Shown: positions 19,662-32,365, counted from the first letter of the stretch. The stretch is 64,000 nucleotides of DNA from an uncultured Planctomycetota bacterium (GCA_963823665.1 CAWGMQ010000005.1:352001-416000); one strand, 5' to 3'. Notes: generated from the sequence alone by a model not told the origin. Translations and numbers: made by a program.

Positions 19662-22600
19662 TCACGATTCTCGACACAATCGGCCCGGCCGTTTGGCGGG
19701 CTTCCTGGCAGGCGACGGCGCTGGCGCTGGTGGTCATGCTGCTCGTGAGCCTTCTAGGGGAACGTATTTCGCCGCGCTGGCGTTATCGCCTCTGGAGCCT
19801 CGCGGTCATCCGGCTGCTGATCCTGGTTGTTCCCGCGAGCCCGTGGAGTGCGTTCAACCTCGTGCGTCTGATTCCGGACGCAACCGCCCCGCGGCTCGTC
19901 GACCAGCCGGCCGGTCCGATCATCGTGGCCGTCCGCCAAGCTCAGCCCGAATCGGGTGAGCCGAAGAGAGAAGGCCCGCCACTCCGGAATTTCGAGTCGG
20001 AAACGAACTCCCCTGCCCTTCTCGTGCCTGCAACGCCGGCTTCGCCGTCCACACCGGCGGCCGTCACTTCGGAATCCACAACAACCTTTCATTTCCCGGC
20101 GCAAGCATTTCCCATCGTGCGGATCGTTGCGCTCATCTGGGTCGCAGGATGTCTCCTGCTCGGGCTGAAATTGATGCGCAGTTCGATCGTTCTGCGCCGA
20201 CGCCTTTCGGTCTGCCGACTGGTGACAGATGCCGGCGTTCTATCCGCGCTTGAACTTGCGCAAAAGCAAATCGGGGTCAGGGTGCGTGCCCGCCTGCTGG
20301 TGACACCCGAATCGATCAGCCCCTGCATTGTGGGCGTTCTGAAGCCCAGAATCATCGTGCCCGAAGCGCTCTTTACGGACTCGTCGACCGACACACTACG
20401 GCATGTGCTCGCGCATGAGCTTGCCCATCTTGTACGTGGCGACTTGTGGACGAACTGGCTACTTCTCGTGGCGCACACCATCCACTGGTTCAATCCCGTG
20501 GTCTGGTGGACCATCCGGGAAATGCAGAACGCGCGCGAAGCGGCCTGCGACGACCTGGCGCTTGCGGCGTTAGGCGGAGACCGATCGGTCGGCGTATGCC
20601 TCCACGATCGTCGAGCTCGCGGCGAGCCTGGCTCCCTCGGGCATCGCACCGGCCATGATCGGCCTCTATTCCTCGACTCGCCGCTTGACAAATCGCATCA
20701 AGCGTCTGGTGCGGTCTTCCTCGGTCACTGTTCTAAGTACCCCGGTCGCGGCCGCCATCATCGCGGCGATTGCGTTCCCGGGCCTGACTGACTCGATGCC
20801 GGCCGCGTTGCCAATTCAATCTCCGGCAAGCCAATCGTCCGTTCCCCAAAAAGCCGCGGAGCCCGAGTCCAAGCCCGTGGTGCTTCGCGGGCGATGCGTC
20901 GACCAGGTTGACAGAACGCCTATTGTTGCACGAGCCATCGTGCACTTGTTCAAGGCGCAGGGAAGGACGGCGCCGATCGTCGAAGTCGCAAAGGTCGTTA
21001 CCAATCGGGAAGGCCTCTTCGAATTCCCACCGGTGCCACCGTCGCGCCCTGATGATCCGGTCGATCCGCTCTTCTACCTGGTCTTCGCCGAAGCCGGTGA
21101 TCGTCCGATCGGCGCGCTGGGTTTCTGGAACGGGCGGGACGGCGACATCGGCAGCGTTGAGATCGGGTTCCTTCGCGAAAAAACGACGCTTGCCGGCACG
21201 GTGCAAGACGCGCAAGGCCGCCCGGTCGCGGGCGCTACGGTCGCACAGTGGGCCGTCGATGGCCGGCCGATTCCAGGCATCTTGTCGGCAACGACCGGGC
21301 CCGACGGCCGGTTCCTGATCAATCGGATTCCGCACTTTGAGTGGTTGCGCGGCGGTCCAACGAACCAAGGAGGTGTGACCTTCACGGTATCTCATCGTGG
21401 CTATCCGCAGACGGAAGTCCAGATCGGCGAGCTGCCCAAGAACGTAACCATCACGCTCAAGGCTGGCTGCACGGTCAAGGGAACCGTGATCGATGGCGTC
21501 ACCGGGCAGCCGGCCGCCGGAGCGCTGGTGATCGCTTACCGCCATGGTGAGCACGCGGAAAGACCGACATCCACCGACACCATGGGACGATTCGAGATGG
21601 CGCTCGAGGAGGACGAATACACCTTCTGCGTCGGGGCCAAAGACCGCGTTTGTGTCGCGCTGACCGATCGCGAGTGTCTGGCTGGCGGGAAGGTTGAGCT
21701 GCCGCCCTTCACGCTTGTGAAGGGAGGGTTCATCTCAGGGCAGGTTGTCAATGCTAAGACCGGCGAGCCGATTGCCATGACTGAACGAGGAGAACCGATC
21801 GCTCTCGGATTCTACGGCCCGTCTCTGCCGCTCGGAAAAGTGATTTCGCCCTTACGGTTGGCAACCACGGATCGCGCCGGCCGATATACCCTGCGCACCG
21901 CGGCGGGCGAGAACTTCCCTTATTTCGTCAATCTTCACGGTGATCGCATGGCATGGGACACCACCAAGCAGCCCGCGGTTGTCGTGAAGGAGGGAGAGAC
22001 GACGACCTACAACATGCTGGTCACGCCACGCGTGACTCCCGAGGAGAAGTTGAAAGAAGCGCGGAAAGCGATCGCGGCGCTTCCGATCGAGCCGCTCGCC
22101 CGCACGGCACGGATCCTCGATGAATTCCGCAAGCTCAATCACACGGTTGACGAGACGGAGTTATGGTGCTCGCTCATGCGGGAACTTGTCACGCTCGGTC
22201 CCCAGGCAGTGCCTGAAGTGTGTGCCGAGCTCGACCGGACGAACGAAGATCGCACGCTGCGGCGATTGGGATTTGCGCTGCGCGCGATCGGCGACGCACG
22301 CGCGGTTCCCGCCCTGATTCGCGCGATACCGAGAACGCTGCAACCCTCCAGCAGCGATTACGGATTGATCGTCGCCGATGCAGCGATTGCGGAGTTCATG
22401 CAAAAGAACGATTTGAGAGAAGGTCGAACCGGGGGACGGTATTTCAATTTCGGAAGGCCCGAGCGCGAAATCGTCGGTGCGCTCCGGAAGCTCACGGGTC
22501 AGAGTTTCGATGATTCCGAGCTCCATGGAATCGGCCGTAGCGATGATCCGCTCCGGCAGGCGCTCCAGCGCCAACTCTTCACGCGGCACGCAAGGGGATG

Positions 22601-23276
22601 GCAGACGTGGTGGGAGGCGCACTGGCGAGACTTTACGGACGACACAGCGTATCAGAAGGTCAACATCGCAGCGGAAGATGAGCCGATTCCTGCTGCGCCC
22701 GTCGCTCTGGGGCCGAAAGCCCACACGGAAGACCACACAATCGGCGCGGTTCTTTCTCCGGCGGCGCAGGAAGGACAATACACCGAGTATTTCTACGATC
22801 TCGACACCGGAGCGCGGCCCGCCTGGCCCAAGGACATTCCCAGAGACGAGGCCCGGTTTGATCTCAAGCAAATTGCGGCCTGGGCCGAGAGAAGCGGCGT
22901 TGACTTGATGTGCGTGACGCATCGTGCGCCGGATGGAACCAATACGTTCGTCTTGCGATCTTTCGGCATGAAGGCGTGGGAGATCGGCCCGCGTGAATTG
23001 CGGAGGTTCGACAGGCTGATCGCCTCGCGCACACTGCCGAAGGGCCATGACGCCGGCGAGCTGCTCATGCACTACGACGATGAGACGAAGCGATTGATGC
23101 CGGATGCGAATGGCGCGTTCGTCTATGTCACGCGTGAAGGAAGCATGGGGCTGATTGAGATCACAGACAGAGTGACGCAGACGGCCGACTTCACAGGAAT
23201 GGTAGCCGGCAATGCGCCCGCTGGGGTGGGCTTCAAGACGGGCGTCCGATTCAATTGGAAGTCGATCGTTCCGTGA
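19658..23276 (+). CDS. BlaR1/M56 family metallopeptidase with periplasmic beta-sandwich and HEAT-like domains (frameshift near 20576)
   Basis: ATGA overlap with the repressor; HELAHLVRGD, HWFNP, REAACD; continues in the +1 frame as DRSAYASTIVELA..RLTNRIKRL. Confidence 0.88.
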
Positions 23277-23298
23277 GAGGGTATCGTTTTGCCGAAAC

Positions 23299-23320
23299 GG
23301 TCCGCGATTGCGGACCCTAC
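23299..23320 (-). repeat. GTAG-type REP-like palindrome (GTAGGGTCCGCAATCGCGGACC)
   Basis: Same family as 3528-3549. Its GTAG contains the TAG stop of the upstream glycoside hydrolase gene. Confidence 0.75.
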
Positions 23321-24644
23321 AACTTCAGCCAGATGTAGACCGGGGATTCGTTGATTTCTAGCTCGATCTCGCCGCCATCGTGCTTGGTCCATCGCACGGA
23401 TTCGGGGGAATTGGAGACGGGCATACGTTCGGCACGTTCGATCGTGGCACTGCCGGTCGAAATACGCGCAGCAGGCTTTTCGAATTGCCCCGGTGGGCGA
23501 CCACGCGGTCCAGATCGCGCGATCGCGATTCGCGCCATGCCGAAACTCAGAGACGCGCAACTCGCCCGGCTTGTTTGTGACCACGCGCGCGAATCGATAC
23601 TCACCCAGGCTGGCAAACAAGTGGGCAATGGCGTGGAAGGACGGCTTGGGCTGATAGTGGCGTGTGAGACCGGACGACGCGTGCACCGAGGCGACGTCCT
23701 CGTCGTTGAACCAGAAGATGTACGCACGATCGAGGTCGAGCTCCGATAAGATGAGAAACGCGCGCACCAGGTATTGCGCTTGCTGAAGGTCCGTGACGCC
23801 GACCCATTTCTTGAAGTCGCCGTCCTTGGCCTGGGGCTTGGTGGTTGAATCCCAGCCGAACTCGGTCAACCAGATTTGCTTGCCGTGCGCGTGCTGATTG
23901 CGCCACGAGATGACTTCCTGGATCTTGGGCAGGAACTCCAGCTTGGAATCCTCCGGATAGCTTCGCCGCCATGTCGGATAGCCTTCGGCCTCGGCGTAGG
24001 AATGCACATTGATCACATCGTAGAGCGACTCGAGACCTTTGACGGTGGCGATGTTTTTGTGGTACGGCCCGCTTGGGCGTGCGTAGACCGCGCAGGTCGA
24101 GATCAAGAGTTTGGGATCACCACGGCGCATTCCCTGCGCGACGTTTTCGAATAGCACGCGATAGGTCTTGTCGTCGTACTTGCCCGGCTCGTTGCCGATC
24201 TCGACGGATTCGACGAGCTTCTGGCCGCCAGACGGACCGAAGAATCGCGCGAATTGAAAGCCGTAAGCCCAGGCATCGCGTTCGAGATTCTTCCACGCGG
24301 CCGGCTGCGTATCATCGAACATCAGGCTGACGTCGATCGAGTAGCCCGCTTTGTTCCAGCTTCCGTACATCGTCTCCCAGTCGACGCGATTGCGCGAAAG
24401 GAAACCGCGGGTAGTAATCGGTGTCATCGCCCACATCCCACTTGAACCCGTGATAATCACGCAGCCGTCTCGTGACCGGCTTGTACAACTCGGTCTTGAA
24501 TTGAACCGTGTGGACATTCAGCCCCATGAAGTCGCGGAACAGCGGCTTGGCCTTGGGATCACGATCTTGCGCAGGCGCAACGCCCGGCGCGAGCGCGATT
24601 ACGCCAAGAACGAACCAGCTTCCCGGAATTCCCAGCGATTGCAT
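23317..24644 (-). CDS. Secreted clan GH-A glycoside hydrolase-like protein (frameshifts near 24395 and 23480)
   Basis: AGGAGG RBS, signal peptide, FMGLNVH, EIGNEP (acid/base), VINVHSY, IWLTEFGWD (nucleophile); three consecutive ORF pieces join into one protein. Confidence 0.78.
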
Positions 24645-24710
24645 CTCGAGCCTCCTGGGCTCGAGTGTGCGTGCTTCCGGCCGCGTGCGCCAAGAGAAAT
24701 TCGTTCGAGG

Positions 24711-27700
24711 TTACTTTTTGTTTGCGATCAATTCGTCGATCTTTCGTTCGAGCTCGAGCGACGCGGGATGGCCGCGCCAGACGATCCGGCCGTCCCGGCC
24801 GATCAGAAACGCCGTCGGCACGCCCGAAATGACGTAATCGGCGAACGCAGAGCCTGCCATGGTGTCGCCGTCCTGCGGGCTCCAGAGGTATCGGATCGGC
24901 GCATCGCCGTGCTGCTGGACGTGCCGGCGAAGCTCTTCGCGATCCTTGTCGATGCCGACCGTGACGAGTGCCACCTTGTCTCCCCATGACGAGCCTCGGC
25001 GCTTGGCAAGTGCGACCAGGTGCTCCATCGGCTCGCGGCATGGTCCGCACCAAGTCGCCCAGAACTCGAGAAAGACAACCCGGCCGCGGAAATCGGTACC
25101 CCGAACGGTCTGGCCCGTCGCGAGGTCCTGGGCTGGTGCATCCGGTAGTGCATCTCCAGTGCGCGGAGGCATGCGAAGAGAAAACTCCTGGCGTCCGGGC
25201 TCGTCCTTCACGGCGAACTTGCCGAGGTAATCATCTGCAACCTCGACCATGTATTCACCGTCAAACGGTTCCTTGCCGCTCGGCGCGATCCCTTCGAGCG
25301 CGACCCGGCCGTCAGACGGGAGTTTGCCCGAGGCGACGAGCACGCCGCCGTACTTTGGTAACATGTACGAGATGCGAAACGCTTCGCCGCCGAATGGTCG
25401 ATCGCCGGCGGGGCGGATGAGCACGGTTGCCGCACGATTGCCGCGCCACGCGCCAGCGTCGAGCGGCTTGGGCTCGAAGACGACGGAAGAGCGATCGCCC
25501 GGCTTCAAGTCGATACGGCGCCGTTCATGGTACACACCGGGTACTGCCTCGCGGCCAGTCGGCCTGGCCGATGCGTCGCGCGGCGTGGTCTGGATGTAGA
25601 CGTCGTATGCCCCGGGTGCCACGTGCGAGACTGTCGCTCGCCACGACGGGTCCTTTAGCTCGCCGGAATCCAGCACGGGCACGGCGGTCTCGACGCCCGG
25701 GAAATCTGGAATCAGGCTGAAATAGCCGGCTGCGAACAGAGGCTTTCGGTTCGCGTCGCTGAGCGGTTTCATGGCGAGATCGAGTGACGCGGGCTCCGGG
25801 AGCACAACGTCCCACCTACCGCCGGCTAGCTCCGAAGCGGGTACAGGCCCGCGCTCGAAGAAGAGAACCACGTCCGGGTGGCTGAAGCCAAAGTAGAGCG
25901 GTGAAGGCTCGTCGGCCCGAATGTTAAAAACGAAGTCTCCCCCTGCCTCGCGCCGGACATTCAAGAAATTGGTTGCCGCGATCGTGTGCTCGCGCGTCGA
26001 GTCGTCCTTGATCACGGCAGCGGACCACGCGTCGCGCCGGTGCCTGGCCAGATAAACCTGGGGCAACGGCATCAACTTGCGCGGGATCGGCTTTCCGGAT
26101 GAGTCGCGGATCCGCAGGCGAACTTCCTTGCCTCGCTTGAGCGTGACGTCGACCTTGCGCAAGCCCTCGATCCGGCCGATCTCTTCAATCGTAGACGCGA
26201 AGCCGGGAGCATAGATGATCAGATCGCCGTGGTTCCAACTCTGCAGCTCATCGCCGGCCATGACGGCCAGTCCATCCGTTCCCATGGCCGCCTCGTGCGA
26301 GGCGTTGCTTTGAGAGAAGAGCTGGGCTTCGAAGTCCTTGACAGGAGAGCCTGACTCATCGCGGACGCGAATTTCGAGGCGAGCTTTCTTGGGATCGCGT
26401 GCCTTCTGGCGCGGAGAGCTCGGGCCGGGTCGTGGTGCATCCGCTTTGGCGACGATCTCGACCGGAGCAATCGCGGCGGTCTCGGGCACGACGACATTCA
26501 CGGCCGTCTGGAAGTCAAAGGCCCGCTGACCTTCCGCTGGGGTCGAAGCGCGCATCGCCGTCAGGCGAAACTCGTACTGATTGGGAGGGAGCGGAGGCGT
26601 CGTGAAGCGGCCGTCGGATGAGATCGGGATCACGTCGAACGTCGTTTGCATTCTCGACGGCTTGCTGCCACGTTTGAATTGTTCTTGCGGGCCCCAATAG
26701 CTGATCGTGACGAGGGCGTATCGCAGCTTCACCTGCTCGAGACCACGTACGTGCCCCTCGACGACGCGGCCCGTTTTCCGGTCGTAGCTCGATTGCGTGC
26801 GCTTGCCTGGCTTGACCAGAAGCAGCCGCCGTTCGGCCATGTTCATCTGGTTTGTTCGAAGTCCCGTCGGAGTGAGCCCGAGTCGTTCGACGGCGTACTG
26901 CGCCGGCGGCAGAGGCCTGACGACGCGTTCACCCGGATTCGGCACTTCGATTCCGCGATAGAAGAAACTATCCGACTCCCAATCCACCCGGCTTCCCGGC
27001 CGGCCGACGATCCAGTATTCCAGCTTTTCCGGCTTTTCCGGAAGCTCGGCGCTGAGCCGGAGCTCGCCCGGCTCGGGGAGTGTGATCAAGACGAGGTTCG
27101 CGTTGCCAGCCTCCTTGCGGGTGATTTCCCACAAGAGCATGCTTTCGCAGACCACCGCGATGCGGTTGGCCGGCGTTGTCACTCGCTTGAGCGAGAATCG
27201 CCCCTGGTCGTCGGTCTTGACGGTCGGAACGGAATTGGCTGGTAAAGACATGCTGTAGCGAATGGTTCCCGGACGCGGGCCCGGATCCACGTAGACCGTG
27301 AGCTTCTCCTCGCCGAGCAGCAGCACGTCGGCGCCGGAGACCGGCGTGCCGCGATGGTCGACGACTTTCCCTCGCACAAGGGTGTTGATCGGCCAAGTCT
27401 CCGGCGTGCCTTCGGCTGTAACGACCGCGGCCTGCGGCGGTGGAGCGGAGGAGAGCGGCGCCGGCTGTTCACCGTCGCGTGCAAGCCGCCCGCGGGCCGC
27501 CTCCGCGAAACCAATCGCGATCAATCCCAGCGCCACCACGATCACCGCCATCTTGAGCTTGGCCATTGTCATCATCCTTAATGATGCATCCGCAAGGGCG
27601 GCGACGGCGGCCGGGGCAACACCCGCCGATCGCTCGGCCACCAGCGATGTTACGGCGTCTACGAGTGGTTCCGAAAGCGCCGCCGCGGACGCTTCCCCGG

Positions 27701-28349
27701 ACTTCAGCAACGCGGCGGCTGCGATCGCCGATGGCGCGATTCCGCGCCGGACGAGCCGGGTGCGCAAAAGGTCACGCCCGCGGGCGAGACGGCCTCGAAC
27801 TGTGCCGACCGGCCATCCCAGAGCCGAAGCGGCTCCCTCGTGCGTCTGGCCTTCGAGGTAGCAGAGCACGATCGGAGCGCGGTATTTGCCGGGCAGTCGC
27901 TCAATTTCATCGTGGAGCGTGGGCCCGAGATCGTCAGACGGTGGGCTCGCCGCTTTCATCTCGACGGCGATCTCGCCTCCCTTCCGCTCGTGCGCTTTGC
28001 GTCTGGCGGCGGCCACTTTCGCCTTGTTCGCCACGCGGAGGGCCACGCCATGCAGCCAGGGGCCCAGCGAGTCACGCACCCAGAGCGAGCCGGCTTTCCG
28101 CACCAGGATCAGGAACGTCGCCTGAAACGCATCGTGAATGTCGTGCGAGTCGCCCAGAACGCCGCGGCAGACGCGCAGCACCATCGGACCGTGCCGGGTG
28201 ACCAGGGTGGTGAACGCCGCCTCGGCCGCTTCGCGATGGCCTTTCGAGAACTGCTCGAGCAGGCGCACGTCCGACTGCCCTCCCAGGGCACCCGCGCCCC
28301 AGAGCGCCCGCATGTGCTCAAGCACGGGCATTTGTCTCCGATTCTCCAT
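24711..28349 (-). CDS. ECF sigma factor with TM, periplasmic repeats and C-terminal TlpA/thioredoxin domain
   Basis: HGPMVLRVCRGVLGD..DAFQATFL; LPGKYRAPIVLCYLEG..PVGTVRGRL; C-terminal FWATWCGPC and GVPTAFLIGRDGRI. Confidence 0.92.
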   Translation of the reverse strand: MENRRQMPVLEHMRALWGAGALGGQSDVRLLEQFSKGHREAAEAAFTTLVTRHGPMVLRVCRGVLGDSHDIHDAFQATFLILVRKAGSLWVRDSLGPWLHGVALRVANKAKVAAARRKAHERKGGEIAVEMKAASPPSDDLGPTLHDEIERLPGKYRAPIVLCYLEGQTHEGAASALGWPVGTVRGRLARGRDLLRTRLVRRGIAPSAIAAAALLKSGEASAAALSEPLVDAVTSLVAERSAGVAPAAVAALADASLRMMTMAKLKMAVIVVALGLIAIGFAEAARGRLARDGEQPAPLSSAPPPQAAVVTAEGTPETWPINTLVRGKVVDHRGTPVSGADVLLLGEEKLTVYVDPGPRPGTIRYSMSLPANSVPTVKTDDQGRFSLKRVTTPANRIAVVCESMLLWEITRKEAGNANLVLITLPEPGELRLSAELPEKPEKLEYWIVGRPGSRVDWESDSFFYRGIEVPNPGERVVRPLPPAQYAVERLGLTPTGLRTNQMNMAERRLLLVKPGKRTQSSYDRKTGRVVEGHVRGLEQVKLRYALVTISYWGPQEQFKRGSKPSRMQTTFDVIPISSDGRFTTPPLPPNQYEFRLTAMRASTPAEGQRAFDFQTAVNVVVPETAAIAPVEIVAKADAPRPGPSSPRQKARDPKKARLEIRVRDESGSPVKDFEAQLFSQSNASHEAAMGTDGLAVMAGDELQSWNHGDLIIYAPGFASTIEEIGRIEGLRKVDVTLKRGKEVRLRIRDSSGKPIPRKLMPLPQVYLARHRRDAWSAAVIKDDSTREHTIAATNFLNVRREAGGDFVFNIRADEPSPLYFGFSHPDVVLFFERGPVPASELAGGRWDVVLPEPASLDLAMKPLSDANRKPLFAAGYFSLIPDFPGVETAVPVLDSGELKDPSWRATVSHVAPGAYDVYIQTTPRDASARPTGREAVPGVYHERRRIDLKPGDRSSVVFEPKPLDAGAWRGNRAATVLIRPAGDRPFGGEAFRISYMLPKYGGVLVASGKLPSDGRVALEGIAPSGKEPFDGEYMVEVADDYLGKFAVKDEPGRQEFSLRMPPRTGDALPDAPAQDLATGQTVRGTDFRGRVVFLEFWATWCGPCREPMEHLVALAKRRGSSWGDKVALVTVGIDKDREELRRHVQQHGDAPIRYLWSPQDGDTMAGSAFADYVISGVPTAFLIGRDGRIVWRGHPASLELERKIDELIANKK

Positions 28350-28594
28350 CTTCTCCGCCTCGCTCAACTCGTCACTGGTCGGTCTACCCTCAAGATGCAG
28401 GTAATGCCCGGCAAGCACTCCTCCAATACAGTTTTTCCGAATTTCTTGAAACGGCCCTCGCCACTTGAGAAGTGGAAGTTAGTCCGGGATGATCATGGGA
28501 GGAGGCCTACCCCCAGCGCAAGCGGCCGTCGGCGGGTGGTGAAGCCAGCCCGCGTTCGCGTCGAGATTGCTGTCAAGTATTCTAAGAGGTTTGG

Positions 28595-30004
<1,410 letters not shown>

Positions 30005-30036
30005 GGGGCGGGTTGGGTCAGATCCGCGTTGCGCTC

Positions 30037-30684
30037 TTACGCGGAATCGTCGTCGCGACTCGGATGCGAATTTCGTCGACGGACTTTTCTGATTCGATCG
30101 AGGAAGAACGTCTTTCCGCGAATAATACCGATCACCTGCACTCGCTCTGCCCAAAGCGGCTTGACGATGTCATCCATCATTTTTTCAGGAACGACCACGC
30201 TCAACCACGAACCATCGTCGCGCTTCAGCTCGATCTTCTTTTGTTTCAACTTTGAGTTCGCCACCCCAAGTGTACCCTCGATGGTGCACCGCTCTTCTTT
30301 TGGCAACTCGTCGATGCTGGACGTGATCGTCACGCCTCGTTTCGGCCTCGTTAGCAGGACCTCAAACAGTTCTCGCAATTCTCTGGCGATCTCATCGGGA
30401 GGGTCGCCGGACAAGCCCTTTGCGATGAGTTGCTCGGCTGTGCGATATTTTCCGCACTCGATCGCAAGGGCTGCCGCGCTCCGAAGCAGGACCGAGCGCG
30501 TTGGTTCAAAATCGTCTTTCGCCGATGCAATTTCGGCCGCTTCTCGCTCCTTCTCGATTGCCGCCTCGAAGAGCGCGGTCGCCTTCTCTCCTTCCTTGCG
30601 ACGCTGCGCTCGCAACGTTTCATCACAGAGGCTCATTGCGCATTGGTGTCGCTCTTCTATTTGACGAATTTCAATGCGAGTCAT
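30037..30684 (-). CDS. Hypothetical protein: helical TPR-like N-domain (EPTRSVLLRSAA, PPDEIA) + beta-rich OB-like C-domain
   Basis: 215 aa ORF with an ATGA overlap to the upstream gene; amphipathic helices, then IEGTL..IEL..LSVVVP..VQVIG strands. Confidence 0.75.
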   Translation of the reverse strand: MTRIEIRQIEERHQCAMSLCDETLRAQRRKEGEKATALFEAAIEKEREAAEIASAKDDFEPTRSVLLRSAAALAIECGKYRTAEQLIAKGLSGDPPDEIARELRELFEVLLTRPKRGVTITSSIDELPKEERCTIEGTLGVANSKLKQKKIELKRDDGSWLSVVVPEKMMDDIVKPLWAERVQVIGIIRGKTFFLDRIRKVRRRNSHPSRDDDSA

Positions 30685-31223
30685 CGTTTCACCACGACGG
30701 CGACCGGTGTGCCAAATTCCACGATAACGACAAATGCAGGCAATCCCAAGTTATCCGATCTTTTAGTCTGTGCGCATTTCTGGGAAACCCGCTTCTCGAC
30801 CTCTGCCTTTTCGCCGCTTCGAATACCGGAAACTTCCAGCCTGGCAGTTCCTTGGAACGCGCGTGAATTCTTGGGGCCGAGCCAGTAATCGAAGCCGGTC
30901 CCCTTAAACGACCTCTGTACAATATGATAGTCGGTAAGACGGTCAACAAGTAGGATGGCGATGCCGACAGCCCCATGCTCTGTCGCCTCTTCAGGATCGG
31001 CCCACTCTCGACGTGCTTGGTCGTTTGTTCTGGGCCATGCCATACGAAATGACGCTTCAAGAGCTCCGGACACTGTGATACGAGATCCGGGTCTATGCCC
31101 GCGCTCCTCGAGACACACTGCCGCCGCGATAGCCAGTCGGACACCACTTTCTGGCAGGAGACAAGGTTAACCCTTGCGGAGCGCTCCAATATTTATTCTT
31201 TCGCGACCGGCGGACTTCGCCAC
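30681..31223 (-). pseudogene. PD-(D/E)xK-like nuclease-fold candidate interrupted by an in-frame TAA at 31167-31169
   Basis: AAGGA RBS + GTG at 31223 is in frame with the ORF 30681-31118. Reads VAKSAGRERINIGALRKG*PCLLPESGVRLAIAAAVCLEERGH..EEATEHGA..KGTGFDYWL..ARLEVSG..VVIVEF. Confidence 0.6.
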
Positions 31224-31372
31224 AGTCGGTTCCTTCGTGGATCACGCTAGATGAATCCCAGAAGCGGGATACGGCCGGCGACGCATAACCAAGAGGTTCG
31301 CCCGTTTCACACTTCAAGTTTACCGGGCGGACTTACCGCTGCGTAGCCCGATCGCGGCACCGTCTGTTCAGG

Positions 31373-32290
31373 TCAGAAGGTTGGAATGGATTCCGGCGGC
31401 ACACCGAGCTTCTTCTCAATCAGGCGAAGCGACTTGTCGCGCGGCGCGTGATCCAGACCTTGCTCGATTCGACTGATCGTTCTGGCCGAAATCTCTGGTT
31501 CAAAGTCGGATTGTCTGAGCCCTCTCTGCTTCCGCAGCCGTCTCAGGCAAGCCCCGAACGACGAGTTGTTGTCCCTGCGCGACGCATTCGACCGATGCCG
31601 GAAATCCGGATCGATCTCGTACAAGATCGATTCAGTCGACGCTTCGTGGCGGCCAAGTCGAAGCGTCTGGCCGCAATCGATAACCTCGACGTCGTCGAAA
31701 GTTGGGCGCTCGACGGAAGGGAAATTGGTGAAGAAGTCGAACGGCAGCGTCGTCTGTGAGAAGTCCCCCCGAACCAGCGTAATTCCTCTCGCGTTCGTGT
31801 CAACTGCCGAGCCGATGAAGAAGTCCCTTGGCGTCGAAGCTGAAAAGATCTCAGCCAGATCGGGTACGTCCAAAAACCGATAGTTCGACACCTCACCGAC
31901 TACACGAGCAAAGCGTCCCTTCAGCATTGGCAACGTTTCCGGACGTGGCGCGGTCAATAACAGCAAACGCCCCAATTCCCTCGGACGGCGCCTCCGACTC
32001 GCGGCGCCGGTGGCGCGGGTTCCAGTAATTAGTGGAACGGAGACCGACGAACAGATCTCGCGAGCCAACTTCTCGGCGAATTCCGGTTGGCATACAACCC
32101 AAGACGCATTTCTTCCGGCGGAAGAAATCGCCTGGCCAATGTCCTTTTCGTCAGACAGCCATGTCTGACGATTCAGTCTCCCCGACCGCTGCGGCAGAGC
32201 GGCCGCGGCGCGGCCGGACTCCTCTTGCACGAGGATGTGCCACCTGCTCGGGTCGCCCAGCCAGTATACGTTACTCACGCGGCTCTTCAT
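31373..32290 (-). CDS. XRE-family HTH regulator with long N-terminal extension
   Basis: C-terminal FGACLRRLRKQRGLRQSDF..ISARTISRIEQG..IEKKLGV; central beta-rich segment (PTFDDVEVIDCGQTLRLG). Confidence 0.8.
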   Translation of the reverse strand: MKSRVSNVYWLGDPSRWHILVQEESGRAAAALPQRSGRLNRQTWLSDEKDIGQAISSAGRNASWVVCQPEFAEKLAREICSSVSVPLITGTRATGAASRRRRPRELGRLLLLTAPRPETLPMLKGRFARVVGEVSNYRFLDVPDLAEIFSASTPRDFFIGSAVDTNARGITLVRGDFSQTTLPFDFFTNFPSVERPTFDDVEVIDCGQTLRLGRHEASTESILYEIDPDFRHRSNASRRDNNSSFGACLRRLRKQRGLRQSDFEPEISARTISRIEQGLDHAPRDKSLRLIEKKLGVPPESIPTF

Positions 32291-32365
32291 TCAATTCCTG
32301 ACCGCCAACGGGGTTGTGTAACTTGAATTCTCCGTTCCCGGTCTGATTTCCCGATCACGGGCTAC

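Noticed and set aside
20570..20590. Programmed ribosomal frameshift in the M56 gene (and other split genes)
   Set aside because: No slippery heptamer or stimulatory structure; similar lesions occur in many unrelated genes, which favours sequencing error.
28461..28475. CCACTT-gag-AAGTGG palindrome between the divergent ECF and asnS genes
   Set aside because: Only a 6-bp stem, single copy; cannot be distinguished from chance.
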